Shown piece after piece: positions 23,048-36,262 of a DNA stretch of 64,000 nucleotides (positions within the stretch are counted from its first letter, which is position 1; each line of letters opens with the position of its first letter). Source of the DNA: Squalus acanthias (taxonomy: Eukaryota); the NCBI GenBank assembly GCA_030390025.1, contig CM059432.1:29824001-29888000 (forward strand). The letters are read 5' to 3'. The notes under the pieces are model-generated. The model was not told where the DNA came from. It made no database searches and saw only the letters and a program-made list of their open reading frames with translations. The translations under genes and the position numbers were made by a program.

Positions 23048-25190
23048 AAAGACTTGCACTTATATAGCACCTTTCACGACCTCAGGACGTCCCAAAGTGC
23101 TTTACAGCCAATTAAGTACTTTTGAATTGTAGGCCGGAAATTCCGGGGGTTCAGCGGGCGTAATCGATGGCGGGTCAGGAACCCGTTATCAACCCGCACC
23201 ACGCGCCTTTCCCAGTGTCGGGTCTGTCAGTGCGATCGGCAGCGGTGGGGGACCTAATTAAAATGATAAGCATCTAGTTGCCAGATGCTTAACAGCCTTT
23301 TTTCACTTACCTTTTGTCTTTAACTTCATGACCACGGGATCCCAACTGTGCGCAGACCACGGCTGTCAAGCTGAGGCGTGAGTTCAGTGGCCATTGCCCC
23401 AGCTGATTACTTGACAGCTTCAAATGCTCCCACCTGACTGATCTTCACTTTCCTCAGGCAGAAGCTTTTTCTCACTCCATTTCTAGCACACATTCTGCAG
23501 GCTTTCCACTTTCCAACCACTCTCATCTCATTGGAAGAACTCTCTCACCATTGACAGAATGCTTCTGTCATCTCTACATCACCTGCCATCTATTCCATCA
23601 ACATGGGTGCACTTTATACTCTCTCACCTTGGTCCAGAGAATCACACCACAATCATCCCCAACACCAGCAGCACCAGGCACACCAGCAGCACCAACAACA
23701 ACACCAACCTTCTCCGCAATCAACTGATGCTGCACAGGACAGAAGGCATCAGCACATTGTTGCCCGGGAGGCCAGGGATGGCCTCACCATGGCCAGATTT
23801 ACTTCACTTGATGCTGTACACCCTGGCTGCCACATGATGTGCCAGGTTGGCACCACCCCACGCCAACACCATAAAGCATCCCATTCCTTTCACACTCACC
23901 ACCATTGCGGGGGGGGGTACCATTATGTCTCACCATTCACTGCAACTCACTAAGCCACTTTCAAAGGTGCACACAAATCTGTCCAAGAATGCAAAATGTT
24001 GAAAATAAAGGTTTCAATGTTTGACAGCACATTAACAGAAACTTTACATGAACATTGGATAAAACACCCAAGTGCCTACCCTTGTGTGTTGTTAGTTGGT
24101 ATGATTGCACTAGGATGAGGGTGAGTGTGAGGGGTGGCTAGTGAGATGGGGCTGTGATAACATAATAGAGAGGGATAGGTGGAGGTGCAAGGTACGTTGG
24201 TGTGAGTAAGGATGTGCAGGAGTAGGGTAGGGAAGGCAAAATGATGGGGATGTGATGAGAGACACAGCAGGATAAGGTTGAGTGTGGCTTTGTACTAATG
24301 TTTCGTGATCTACTGAGATCATTGAAACGTTTGCGGCACTGCACCCAGGTCCTCCTGACCACATCCCTGCTTGTGCCCTCCTGTGCAATATGCAACCAGA
24401 CTGCGTTGGTCCCCTGGGGAGGTCTCTTCTGCCCATTGGAAGGGAAGAGAACCTCCCTTCATGCTGTGACTCCCTCCATAAGCATATGGAGGGAATCATG
24501 GGAGAGCCTGGGTGCAGCCCTGTGCCTTTGTTCAGTCATTGTCAGTGTTTGCAGCACCTCAATGCTGTGGAACACTGACAGCACAACTGTCAAAATAAAT
24601 TTGGCCATGACCCCTTTAAGGAAACTGGTTGATGACGCGTCATGAATGACGTCACCAGACCCGCTTCCTCTAATTGGCCGGGAAACGTGCTGGGCCGGCT
24701 TAACAAGCCCTAATAACGGAAATTCATTTCACAGAGCTGGACGAAGCCAGCAGCGGGGTCGGGATCCACCACCAACGTCGCCCGCCACGGACCCGCCGAG
24801 GTGAGTAAAATCCCGGCCCCAATCACTGTTGTAATGTAGGAAACATGGCAGCCAATTTGCGCACAGCAAGCTCCCACAAACCACAATGAAATATTTGATC
24901 GTAAAATCTGTTTTAGGTGTTGGTTGAAAAATGTTGGGCAGGACATTGGAAGAACTCTCCTGCTGTTCTTCGAACACCAACACCAACCCTGGGATCTTTT
25001 ACGTCTACCTGAGAGGCCAGACTCTTACTTTAGCGTCTCATCCGAAAGAGGGCACTTCCGACAGTGCAGCACTCCCTCAGTACGGCACTGGAGTGCCAGC
25101 TGAGATTATGTGCTCTAGTCACTGGAGTGGTACTTGAACCCATTACCTTCTAGCTCAGAGGTGAGAGTGCTACTGCTGAGCCAACCTTGT
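23048..25190 (-). mobile_element. Deu-domain SINE split by a Harbinger insertion (23048-23131 and 24820-25190)
   Basis: Tail at 23048-23131; body and tRNA head at 24820-25190. Confidence 0.8.
23132..24818. mobile_element. PIF/Harbinger non-autonomous element, sister of 15296-19669
   Basis: TIRs GGCCGGAAATT / AAATCCCGGCC; mini-ORF from 23603; Myb/SANT exon 24539-24300 on minus (MTEQRHRAAPRLSHDSL...RRTWVQCRKRFNDL, one stop); TSD degenerate. Confidence 0.88.
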
Positions 25191-27140
25191 GAAGCAAACA
25201 TTGGGTGAGTTCACTGTGGCTGATAATTTCCGTTGCTGGCGAGTTTGTACGTTTCAAATTACTTTTTTGTTTCTTTATCCCTTTTATAATGGTGATATGG
25301 AAATTTGTGTTAGGCCGTGTGCGACATCTGAATTGTAACAAACAGGGAAAGCGCACATATATGTAAAATCTTTGCATTACTAGTGGATCTCCAATGGAAT
25401 TGCTCATGGTAACTCAGGATACTCCATTTTATAACAAATGGGTTTTATATCATGTATCGCACAATGTATTATCAGTATCACTAATTTACCGTGACTGAAT
25501 AAATCAAATTGCATGTTATTACATTATTCTGGGATTTTTACCAAATTTTGGTGATCAAATTCTGTCCATTTTCCTGTGGCAATCATAATGAACAGCCTTG
25601 ATTATTATCAATACTCTATAGCCTATAACCTATCTAATTTTTATCCTGTAGTTTTTTTTAAAGCCTAGGTACTTAGCAAGATGTACCAGGTTGGAGGTCC
25701 ATAGCCAATGTTTAACAGCACATAGGAGTGACGTTCCTGGGGTTTTGCAGACAGAGAAAGTCCTGAGCATTGTTAACACTAAAACACAAAACCATACAAT
25801 CATAGCCATTCGGCTCATTATGCCTGTGCCAGATCTTTCCAAAGCTAATCCTACTACCCACTCTCTTCCCATAGCCCTGTATCATCCTCTGCTTCAAATA
25901 GTTTTCCCTTAAGATTCAGTGGGCCCACAATTTCCTCGGAGGTTCCACAAAACTCCTGGCAGAAGTCCAGCAGAACACACGGGAAACCTGATTATGCCAG
26001 TTCCCTGCCTTTTCCAGGATTTTCTGGTTAGTGTTATGAGGGGCAGAACCTTCGCCTTCTCCTTACAAGGCTAATGATGTTAGGAACATAGGAATTACTA
26101 GAAGAAAAAAGACCAAGATCCATCTAGTTTGCCTTCTACCATCCTGGTAGGCACATGATACAATGATAATGGAGTTGTTGACTAATCACAGTAATCAATC
26201 TCTATCAATTAGTCTAAAACAGGGGCAGACATGAAGCAGGGTAAACCCCAATGGTGGAGAGCTTTGTGAAACAAAGTCACCAGTTCCTCCCAAGCGTGCG
26301 ACACTTACCACATGTCATGTCTCAAAATACTCATAACTGTATCCCGAAATGTTATTTTCTGAAAGAAATCTATCTAATTTGCCATTGAGTGGGCACTCCT
26401 TGTGCAAGGGGTTCCCAATTCCCTAGGTCATATGGGATCAAGCGTAGCATGGAGAGTGTACGTCAAGTAAGATGAGACATACCAGCCTCCACGAGGCCAC
26501 AGGTGGGCCCCACCAGGTGAGGGATCCAGAGGAGAAAAGCAGCCTAGATCCCTAGAAGAAAACCAAAATTTACTTTCCAAAATCTGGAGGGGGAGATGGT
26601 TGGGGTCTTGTGAGGGGTGCTGGGCCCGATAGCAGGCAGGTAGGGTATTTTTAAGCTGCATAGGGCAGTGGGTGACAAAAATGCGCTCAGTGGCACGGAC
26701 GACCACCGGTCCCATGCAAATTAGGTAACCTCCCACTGACCCTGTAAACTCCAGCAGATCGGCACTGGTATAACGATTGAGATCACAGCCCTAAGATTTT
26801 CAGGGTCACAGTCTGTGCCCCAACTATTCCCTAAGGTCAAAGACTCCCTGGTCTAACAACTTACATGCATATAGCACCTTTAATATAGTAAAGTGGGATG
26901 GGAGGCGGCTCCTGTGGAACTTTAACACCGGCATAGACCTGTTTGGCCAAATTGTGATTGTGATATACTTGAACAAATTAGTATTGAGAGGGAGGAGGTA
27001 CTAGCGGTTTTAGCGGGCTTAAAAGTGGATAAATCCCCAGGCCCTGACAGGATGTATCCCAGGCTGCTGTGTGAGGCAAGGGAGGAGATTGCAGGGGCTC
27101 TGACACGAATTTTCAGAACCTCTCTGGCCACAGGGGAGGT

Positions 27141-27272
27141 CATGATGCGGAGATGCCGGTGTTGGACTGGGGTGGACAAAATTGAGAGGTCGCACAACAC
27201 CAGGTTATAGTCCAACAGTTTTATTTGAAATCACAAGCTTTCGGAGCTATCGATTGCCCCTTCCTCAGGTGA
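27141..27272 (-). mobile_element. Short Penelope-pLTR/retrozyme-like insert carrying a hammerhead
   Basis: 132 bp foreign to the CR1 (between ...GGGGAGGT and AGACTGG...); minus-strand AATAAA just downstream of the ribozyme motif. Confidence 0.7.
27231..27272 (-). ncRNA. Minimal type I hammerhead ribozyme motif
   Basis: Minus strand TCAC-CTGAGGA-A-GGGGC-AATCGATA-GCTCC-GAAAGCTT-GTGA: stem I TCAC/GTGA, stem II with one G-U pair, palindromic AGCT stem III, CUU triplet. Confidence 0.78.
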
Positions 27273-29554
27273 AGACTGGAAAACAGCTAACGTAGTACCA
27301 TTGTTCAAGAAGGGTAGTAGGGATAAACCAGGGAATTACAGGCCAGTGAGCCTAACATCAGTAGTAGGGAAATTATTGGAAAAAATTCTGAGGGACAGAA
27401 TTAGTCTCCACTTGGAGAGGCAGGGATTAATCAGGGATAGTCAGCATGGCTTTGTCAGGGGGAGATCATGTCTGACCAATTTGATTGAATTTTGAGAGGG
27501 GATGACTAGGTGTGTGGATGAGGGTAGTGCAGTTGATGTAGTCTACATGGACTTCAGTAAGGCTTTTGACAAAGTCCCACATGGGAGACTGGTCAAGAAG
27601 GTAAGAGTCCATGGGATCCAGGGCAATTTGACACATTGGATCCAAAATTGGCTTAGTGGCAGGAGGCAGAGGGTGATGGTCAAAGGTTGTTTTTGTGACT
27701 GGAAGCCTGTGTCCAGTGGTGTACCGCAGGGATCGGTGCTGGGTCCTTTGCTGTTTGTAGTGTACATTTGTAGTGTACATTAATGATTTAGATATGAATG
27801 TAGGAGGTATGATCAGTAAGTTCGCAGATGACACGAAAATTGGTGGAGTGGTAAATAGCGAGGAGGGAAGCCTCAGGCTACAGGACGATATAGACAGGAT
27901 GGTTAGATGGGCAGAACAGTGGCAAATGGAATTTAACCCTGAAAAGTGTGAGGTGATGCATTTTGGGAGACTAACAAGGCAAGGGAATACACAATGAATG
28001 GTAGGACCCTAGGAAGGACAGAGGATCAGGGGGACCTTGGTGTGCATGTACATAGATGCCTGAAGGCAGCAGTACAGGTAGATAAGGTGGTTAAAAAGGC
28101 ATATGAGATACTTGCCTTCATTAGCCGAGGCATAGAATATAAGAGCAGGGAGGTTATGATGGAGCTGTACAAAACGCTAGTTAGGCCACAGCTGGAATAC
28201 TGTGTGCAGTTCTGGTCGCCACACTATAGGAATGATGTGTTTGCATTGGAGAGGGTGCAGAGGTGATTCACCAGGATGTTACCTGGGCTGGAGCGCTTCA
28301 GCTATGGAGAGAGACTGGACAGGCTGGGGTTGTTTTCCTTAGAGCCGAGAAGGGACCTGATTGAGGTGTACAAAATTATGAGGGGCATAGATACGGTAGA
28401 TAGAAAGGAACTTTTCCCCTTAGTAGAGGGGTCAATAACCAGGGGGCATAGTTTCAAGGTAAGGGGCAGGAGGTTTAGAGGGGATTTGAGGAAAAACTTT
28501 TTCACCCAGAGGGTGGTTGGAATCTGGAACTCACTGCCTGAAAGGGTGGTAGAGGCAGGAACCCTCAACATTCAAGAAGCATTTAGATGGGCACTTAAAA
28601 CGCCATAGCATACAAGGCTACGGACCAAGTGCTGGAAAATGGGATTAGAATAGACAGGGCTTGATGGCCGGCGCGGACACGATGGGCCGAAGGGCCTCTT
28701 TCTGTGCTGTATAACTCTATGACTATGACCATGGCCTGTATCTGTGCTGTAAAATTCTATGTAATAGCTGACTTAATCCTTAAATTTTCTCAAGGCACTT
28801 CACCAATTGCTCAGTGTTGACTGAGAAATACAGACCCAGAAGGTCCCAGGTTCTATCACAATGAATTACTGATCTCAGTTGGGCTGACAGCAGAGGCCTG
28901 AGTGCTGACAGCTGGGCTTGTGAGGGGTAAATCCCACACCTGGTCATGATTCAAAAGGGAATTGGATATATACTTGAAAAATAAAAATTTGCAGAGCTGT
29001 TAGGAAAGAGCAGGGGAGTGGGACTAACTGGATAGCTCTTTCAAAGAACTGGCACGGGCACGATGGGCCAAATGGCCTCCTTCTGTGCTGTAAGATTCTA
29101 TGATTCAGCAAGTCGTACTAGGTATGGACGTCAGGTGAGGGCAAGATCGGGCTCGAGTGTGTCGCCACAGTCGAATAGCCCGCCGTCACATCTGACTAAT
29201 GGCCACTTGGGTGAGATATCAATCGATGAATGGCACTTGTGGAACGTTAACCCAGCAATGAGTCAATACCTTCAGGACAGAAAGTTGACAAACATAAATC
29301 AAGGTTGCAAGAGCTGCTGGTGGTGAGATCTTGGCTGGGAATTTCCTTGGACCTGCGCCTGCTCTGCTGTCGTAAGTTTACCAGAAGTGTGATGGAAACC
29401 CCAATGTGCATAAACGGTGTTTCTACTTCACTTCTGGTGGAACGGGAGCAACATCAAGGAAATTACAGACGTTTATTTTCCCTTAAGTTCCCCTCTCTCG
29501 GTCTCCCCATATTGTGCACAGTAATTTCAAAGCACCTAACCTGGGAAACATGTG

Positions 29555-29930
29555 TTCAGTAGTGTAGTGGTTATTTTATTGGACTAGTACTCCAGAGGCC
29601 TGGACTAATTCAGAGAACGTGAGTTCAAATTCCACCATGGCAGTTTGAGAATTTGAATTCAGTTTTTTTTTTTAAACTGGAAATTAAAAAATGTTGGTTT
29701 CAGTAAAAGTGATCATGACTGTCAGATTGTCCCAAACGCCCAACTGGTTCACTAATGTCCTTTAGGGAGGGAAATCTGCTGTCTCTACTCGATCCAGCCT
29801 ATATGCGACTCCAGTCCCACACCAACATCACTGACACTTAACTGCCCTCAGTCGCCAGGGCAACGAGGGATGGGTAATAAATGCCAGCTTTGCCAGTGAC
29901 GCCCACATGGCGAGAATGAATAACAAAAAA
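29555..29930 (+). mobile_element. tRNA-derived SINE sharing both head and tail with the LINE at 30535-33032
   Basis: A box TAGTGTAGTGG, B box GAGTTCAAATTCC; body GGTTCACTAATGTCCTTTAGGGA; tail GGGCAACGAGGGATGGGTAATAAATGCC...GACGCCCACAT. Confidence 0.85.
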
Positions 29931-30534
29931 AACCTGACTTATACCCTACTGATCTGACTCTGTAGTTCAGCATTCTATTTGCCTTGTTGACTGTCACTCT
30001 ATTAATCAGGCATATTAAGCAACCATAATACCTAATAGATCTCCTTCAACTTCATCCTCAGTTACTGCAATACTGTTCATGGAGTACATAGATGCTCCAT
30101 TTTTCCTTCCTACGCGCAGTACTTTACTCTTTTTTTATTACATTTAATGTCCCACCTATTATTTCATCTAACTCATTGTCAGTCTTTGGCTGCCTCTTTA
30201 GATTCAACTATACTCCCTAATTTGGTGTTGTATGCAAACTACTCTCCATATTATAATAATGATACTGTTCTGCATATTATATTAATAATACTGCTTGGTA
30301 TGGTACAATGACTATAGCACCATATAGATTACAATATCTACAGATTTTATTTATTATGCCTGTTTTGATTGTGTAGAGTCATTTTTATGCTTGCTGATTG
30401 GTTAATCACATCTCAAACTTTCGGACTGAAAACAAGAAGTCATATTTTCCCAAAGAAAGTTTATCTTGTTTCTCATATCACTTCTCACCTTTCTCACTAG
30501 GTAGAAAAGGTACAGTCACATAACACTAACAAAT

Positions 30535-33032
30535 TTTATTTTTATTTTTTATATTCATTCATGGGATGTGGGCGTCGCTGGCAAGGCCAGCATTTATTGC
30601 CCATCCCTAGTTGCCCTTGAGAAGGTGGTGGTGAGCCGCCTTCTTGAACTGCTGCAGTCCAGGTGGTGAAGGTACTCCCACAGTGCTGTTAGGGAGGGAG
30701 TTCCAGGATTTTGACCCAGCAACAATGAAGGAACGGCGATATACTTCCAAGTCAGGATGGTGTGTGACTTGGAGGAAGATGGTTGGGCCTACGACACTGC
30801 CCTGAGGAACTCCTGCAGCGATGTCCTGGGGCTGAGACGATTGACCTCCAACCACCACAACCATCTTCCTTTGTGCTAGGTATGACTCCAGCCAGTGGAG
30901 AGTTCCCCCCTCCCCGATTCCCATTGACTTCAATTTTATTAGGGCTCCTTGATGCCACACTCGGTCAAATGCTGCCTTGATGTCAAGGGCAGTCACTCTC
31001 ACCTTACCTCTGGAATTCAGCTCCTTTGTCCATGTTTGGACCAAGGCTGTAATGAGGTCTGGAGCCGAGTGGTCCTGGTGGAACCCAAACTGGGCATCAG
31101 TGAGCAGCTTATTGGTGCATAAGTGCTGCTTGATAGCACTGTCGATGACAGTGTAGACAGAGTAGACTGACGGGGCGGTAATTGGCTGGATTGGATTTGT
31201 CCTGCTTTTTATGGACTGGACATACCTGGGCAGTTTTCCACATTGTCGAATAGATGCCAGTGTTGTAGCTGTACTGGAACGGCTTGGCTAGAGGCGCGGC
31301 TAGTTCTGAAGCACAAATTTTCAGGGCCCATAACTTTTGCTGTATCCAGTGCGCTCAGCCATTTTTTGATATCACGTGGAGTGAATCGAATTGGCTGAAG
31401 ACTGGCTTCTGTGATGGTGGGGACCTCAGGAGGAGGCCGATATGGATCATCCACTCGGCACTTCTCGCTGAAGATGGTTGCAAACGCTTCAGCCTTGTCT
31501 TTTGCACTCATGTGTTGGACTCCACCATCATTGAGGATGGGGATATTCATGGAGCCTCCTCCACCCATTAGTTGTTTAATGGTCCACCACCATTCACGAC
31601 TGGATGTGGCAGGACTGCAGAGTATTGATCTGATCGTGGGATGGCTTAGCCCTGTCTATAGAATGCTGCTTCCGCTTTTTGGCATGCATGTAGTCCTGTG
31701 TTGCAGCTTCCCCAGGTTGGCACCTCATTTTTAGGTTCGCCTGGTGCTGCTCCTGGCATGCTCTTCTACAATCCTTATTGAACCAGGGTTGGTCCCCTGG
31801 ATTGATGGTAATGGTAGAGTGAGGGATATGCCGGGCCATGAAGTTACATTGTGGTGGAATACAATTCTGCTGCTGCTGATGGCCCACAGCGCTTCATGGA
31901 TGCCCAGTTTTGAGCTGTTAGATCTGTTCTGAATCTGTCCCATTTAGCATGGTGGTAGTGCCACACATCACGATGGAGGGTGTCCTCAGTGTGAAGACGG
32001 GACTTCGTCTTCACAATGACTTTTTGGTGGTCACTGCTACCAATGCTGTCATGGACAGATGCATCTGCGACAGGTAGATTGGTGAGGACGCGGTCAAGTA
32101 GGTTTTTCCCTCGTGTTGGTTCTCTCACCACCTGTCGCAGGCCCAGACTGGCAGCTATATCCTTCAGGACTTGGCCAGCTCGGTCAGTAGTGGTGCTACC
32201 GAGCCACTCTTGGTGATGGACATTAAAGTCCCCCCACCCAGAGTACATTCTGTGCCCTTGCTACTCTCAGTGTTTCTTCCAAGTGGTGTTCAATATGGAG
32301 AAGTATTGATTCATCAGGTGAGGGAGGGCGGTAGGTGGTAATCAGCAGGTTTCCTTGCCCATGCTTGAGATTTCATGGGGTCCGGAGTCAATGTTGAGAA
32401 CTCCCAGGGCCACTCCTTCCTGACTGGATAACACTGTGCCGCCACCCCTGGTGGGTCTGTCCGGTGGGACAGGACATACCCAGGGAAAGTGATGGAGGAG
32501 TCTGGGACATTGGCTAAAAGGTCTGATTCTGTGAGTATGACTATGTCTGTGGGACAGCTCTCCCAATTTTGGCACAAGTCCCCAGATGTTGGTGAGGAGG
32601 ACTTTGCAGGGTTGACTGGGCTGGGTGTGCCGTTGTCGTGTCCGTAGCCGGTGCCGAGGTCAATCCGGTTTTATTCTTATTATTGTTTCTTGTAGCGGTT
32701 TGTTACAACTGAATGGCTTGCTAGGCCATTTCAGAAGGCAGTTCAGAGTTAACCACATTGCCATGGGTCTGGAGTCACATACAGGCCAGACCAGGTAAGG
32801 ACGGCAGATTTCCTTCCCTAAAAGGACATTAGTGAACCAGTTGGGTTTTTACGACAATTCGGTAGTTTCATGGTCACCATTACTGATAGTAGCTTTTTAT
32901 TCCAGATTTATTTAATTAACTGAATTTAAATACCCCAGCTGCTGTGGTGGGATTTGAACTCATGCCTCCGGATCATTAGTCCAGGCCGCTGGATTACTAG
33001 TCCTGTAACATTACCACTATGCTATCGTTCCC
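30535..33032 (-). mobile_element. CR1-group LINE (APE+RT, decayed and internally deleted) with a tRNA-derived SINE head at its 5' end
   Basis: Head 33032-32700 (A box 33024-33014, B box 32961-32950); ORF2 fragments KVLLTNIWGLVPKL (~32605), GDFNVHH, SDH, LDIKAAFDRVWH, GVPQGS; tail ...CCCACATCCCATGAATGAAT + A-rich. Confidence 0.88.
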
Positions 33033-33639
33033 TTTCAAATAAAACATTTTGTGGGACACAGCCACCATGACAGTTCCCTAATCCCAGCTCAACCTCCATT
33101 TATTTCTCCCTTATTCCTTGGCCATCCTGCTGTCTCAGCCTCACTCCAAGGCATCATTCTATGCCTCCTGCTCTGTTACAGTTTCCACAACTGAGTGACT
33201 TGCCAGGTCTCTCCAGAGGCATTAGGAGTCAACCATGTGGTGTGGACTGGAGTCATGTGTAGGCCAGCCCGGGTAAGGCAGGCAGGTTCTCTTCTTTGAA
33301 GGACATCACATGCCGCCAACTTGAATCTGACCGTATTTCCAATTTTGTCTGCATACCCGGTCTGGCCTACAAATAATGCCAAGTCCACACTGCAATTTGA
33401 AATCCTCTTTTATTCTACTGCTCTTCTTGAAAGCCCTCCCCAAACTCTTCTAAAAGGTGTAGGATATAGTTCTACAGCTGCCCGCCACCCTCTTGGTACT
33501 GCACCCATTCTTCAAATGTAAAACGAGACAGTGTGTGCTATTTAACTATGGGGACCATCACAGACCTTCCACACATTTTAGAGCAGAACAGTCAGCATAT
33601 AACAATCAGGAACAGAAATACTGCTGTCCACTGGCTAAA

Positions 33640-34290
33640 ACCTAGCAGACAGGTACAAAAAGCAATTAAAAAGGCGAATGAAATGTTGGCCATTATCTCA
33701 AGGGGGCTGGAATGCAAAGGGGATGAAGTCTTGCTTCAGTTGTGTAGCCCATCTGGAGTACTGCGTTCAGTTCTGGGCACCACATCTCAGGAAGGATATA
33801 TTGTGCTTACAGGGAGTGCAGCGCAGATTCACCAGAACGATACCGGGGCTAAAAGGGTTAAATTATGAGGGTAGGTTGTATAAACTTGCATTTCCTTGAA
33901 TTTAGACGGTTGAGGGGTCATCTAATCGAGGTGTTTAAAATGTTAAAACAATTTGATAGGGTAGTTACGGAGAAGCTAGTTCCTCTGGTGGGGGCATCCA
34001 GAACAAGAGGATATAATCTTAAAATTAGAGCCAGACCATTCAGGAGTGAAATTAGGAAGCACTTCTTCACACAGAGGACAAATCTGGAACTCTCTCCTCC
34101 AAAAGACTGTGGATGCTGGGTCAATTGAAGCTTTCAAGACTGAGAATCATAATTATTTGTTGGGTAAGGGTATCAAGGGATCTGGAGCAAAGGCAGGTAA
34201 ATGGGATTGAGGTACAGATCAGCCATAATCTAATTGAATGGCAGAACAGGCTCGAGGGGCTGATTGGCCTACTCCTGTTCCTATGTTCCG
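33640..34290 (+). mobile_element. CR1 LINE 3' fragment
   Basis: HLEYCVQFWAPHLRKD; EFRRLRG; CR1 tail. Confidence 0.9.
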
Positions 34291-35291
34291 ATGATTTATC
34301 CCCTTCCTTAACCAAGTTTGAACATTTGCCACTGTCCTTCCTTGAGACCAACTAACCCAGAACAGACTGGGGATCTGGGACTCTCCTGTTCTGCATGGCT
34401 GATTCCCACAGCAGCTGGTGCCTGAACCTACTGAGGGAGCCGTGGATCTCTCCAAGTCTGCTAGTTGAATGATTTATCACTGGGCGTAGGAATGGCCAAA
34501 TGCAACATTTCTGAGTGATGATTGTAGGCTGACAACTGTAAATGAAGGAGGAGCATTTAGGACGGAGTGAAATTGGCTGCGAGGAGAGAAAGCGGATTGT
34601 TATCATTGGTTCACCCTTCTTATTTCATATGAAAAACCCTTTTATTTTGACAACAATTTTACTGTAAAGTTGATGAGAAGAATTGGTTATATCCCACCAG
34701 TGTGTCATTTTGACAGATACATAGTCACTTCAGGAAGATATATAATGGCAATTCTGCAGTGACAGTCTGCAGGATAATAATCTTCTTGAATTTCATAAAT
34801 GATTATTTGTAAACTGGTCTCACAGCCTCAGCCAACAATCTCCTATACTGACCCCTACTGGTAAATACCAGATAATGCAGAAAGCTTCTCATGGGAGGGA
34901 AAGAAATACATTAAATAAAGCAACTGTTGTGCTTCCTGTTGTGTTTATTTAGAGGGGATGACACCTCTTTGAGATCCCCTTGTAACATCACAATGGTCCA
35001 GGTTACAACTGACACTACTCTAACCACTGTTCCCTTGAACTTTCCTTTCTTGTTCCTCCGAAATGCCAAATTCACAATCCTCCACACTCTTCCTCCTCGC
35101 TGAGCTCAACTTAAGGCTTACTGCATTGCCTCCCATTCTAACTTATTCTTTTCCAGAGCCGCAAAATTGGGCAACTCTTTATCTCCCCCAGACTTCCCTT
35201 CCTCCAACAATTTACAGACTTATAAAACTCAAGCTTTGAGTTACCTAACCACAACTTCTTGTATTCTCACACTTTCTCTCCTACTCCTTTC

Positions 35292-35445
35292 ATAAGAACA
35301 TAAGAATTAGGAGCAGGAGTATACCATACGGCCCCTCGAGCCTGCTCCGCCATTCAATAAGATCATGGCTGATCTTCGACCTTAATTCCACTTTCCCGCC
35401 CGATCTCCATATCCCTTGATTCCCCTAGAGTCCAAAAATCTATTC
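35292..35445 (-). mobile_element. CR1 3' tail fragment
   Basis: CATAAGAACATAAGAA tail plus conserved stem motif. Confidence 0.85.
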
Positions 35446-35554
35446 AGCCATGGTGGTGTCTTGTACTATGGGCTTTGGCCTTTCGACTAGGTTTCCTGAT
35501 ATTAAAAAAAAGTTATGGGCCAATACCCATCAGTGATGGTACAGGAGGAACTCT

Positions 35555-36241
35555 TTAACCTCGATTTTAACGCCTTCGCTCGGCGAGAATGGTGCATGGG
35601 AGAGGTTAAGATCAGACAGAGTCCACTTACCGTTCTGAGGCCTCACTACTCCCACCCAGTGACATCTTATCTTACCGACTTTGAAGTCGGCCGAGGCTCC
35701 CACTGCAGGCAAACGAGGGCCTAATTTAAATTTAAAAAAGTCATGGCCTGATGACATCACTGGTACTGCAATGTCATTTCCACGTAGAGTCAGGGGGAGA
35801 CCCGCTTGATGTCAAACCCACCAGAAAAACCTGGCAGGAGGTGGCGACTGGCCAGAAGAGGCCAATTTAAGTTTAAAAAAATTACTTTTCTGTGAAATCC
35901 TCATGGGCCAGGAGGTACCGGACTGCTTCCCCCAGGCCCCATAAGTAGTCCTCGGGCCACCCCAGGCCCGGCCTTGCCTCTCCCTCTCGGCCATGGCATC
36001 AGCTGCCAAAGCCTTTGTCCAGTGCCAACTATATGCCGAGGTCCCTGGCAACCTAAGGCTCCTGACCCGATTTCCCACTCCTGTCAGCCGACCCTGGCAT
36101 CAGTCCTGCCAGTTTCAGGTGGGAGACTGTCTTGGATTATTTAAATAAGGCCCGAGCCGCACGCTGAGTACCCGTAGGGGTTTCCATCCTGCCCACACCC
36201 CTGACCATCCCGAACAGGCCCCCCAGTTAAAAATCGAGGCC
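35555..36241. mobile_element. MITE-like DNA element
   Basis: Inverted termini CCTCGATTTTAAC / GTTAAAAATCGAGG, similar to the Harbinger TIR at 4641. Confidence 0.55.
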
Positions 36242-36262
36242 TATGTGTCAGTAGCGATCAAA

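Larger units (their letters stand above)
26953..28730 (+). mobile_element. CR1 LINE, 5'-truncated RT, decayed
   Basis: ORF fragments 27025-28608 (YMDFSKAFDKVPH, FADD); CTATGA-repeat tail; 13-bp tandem duplication near 27757-27781 causes a frameshift. Confidence 0.95.
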
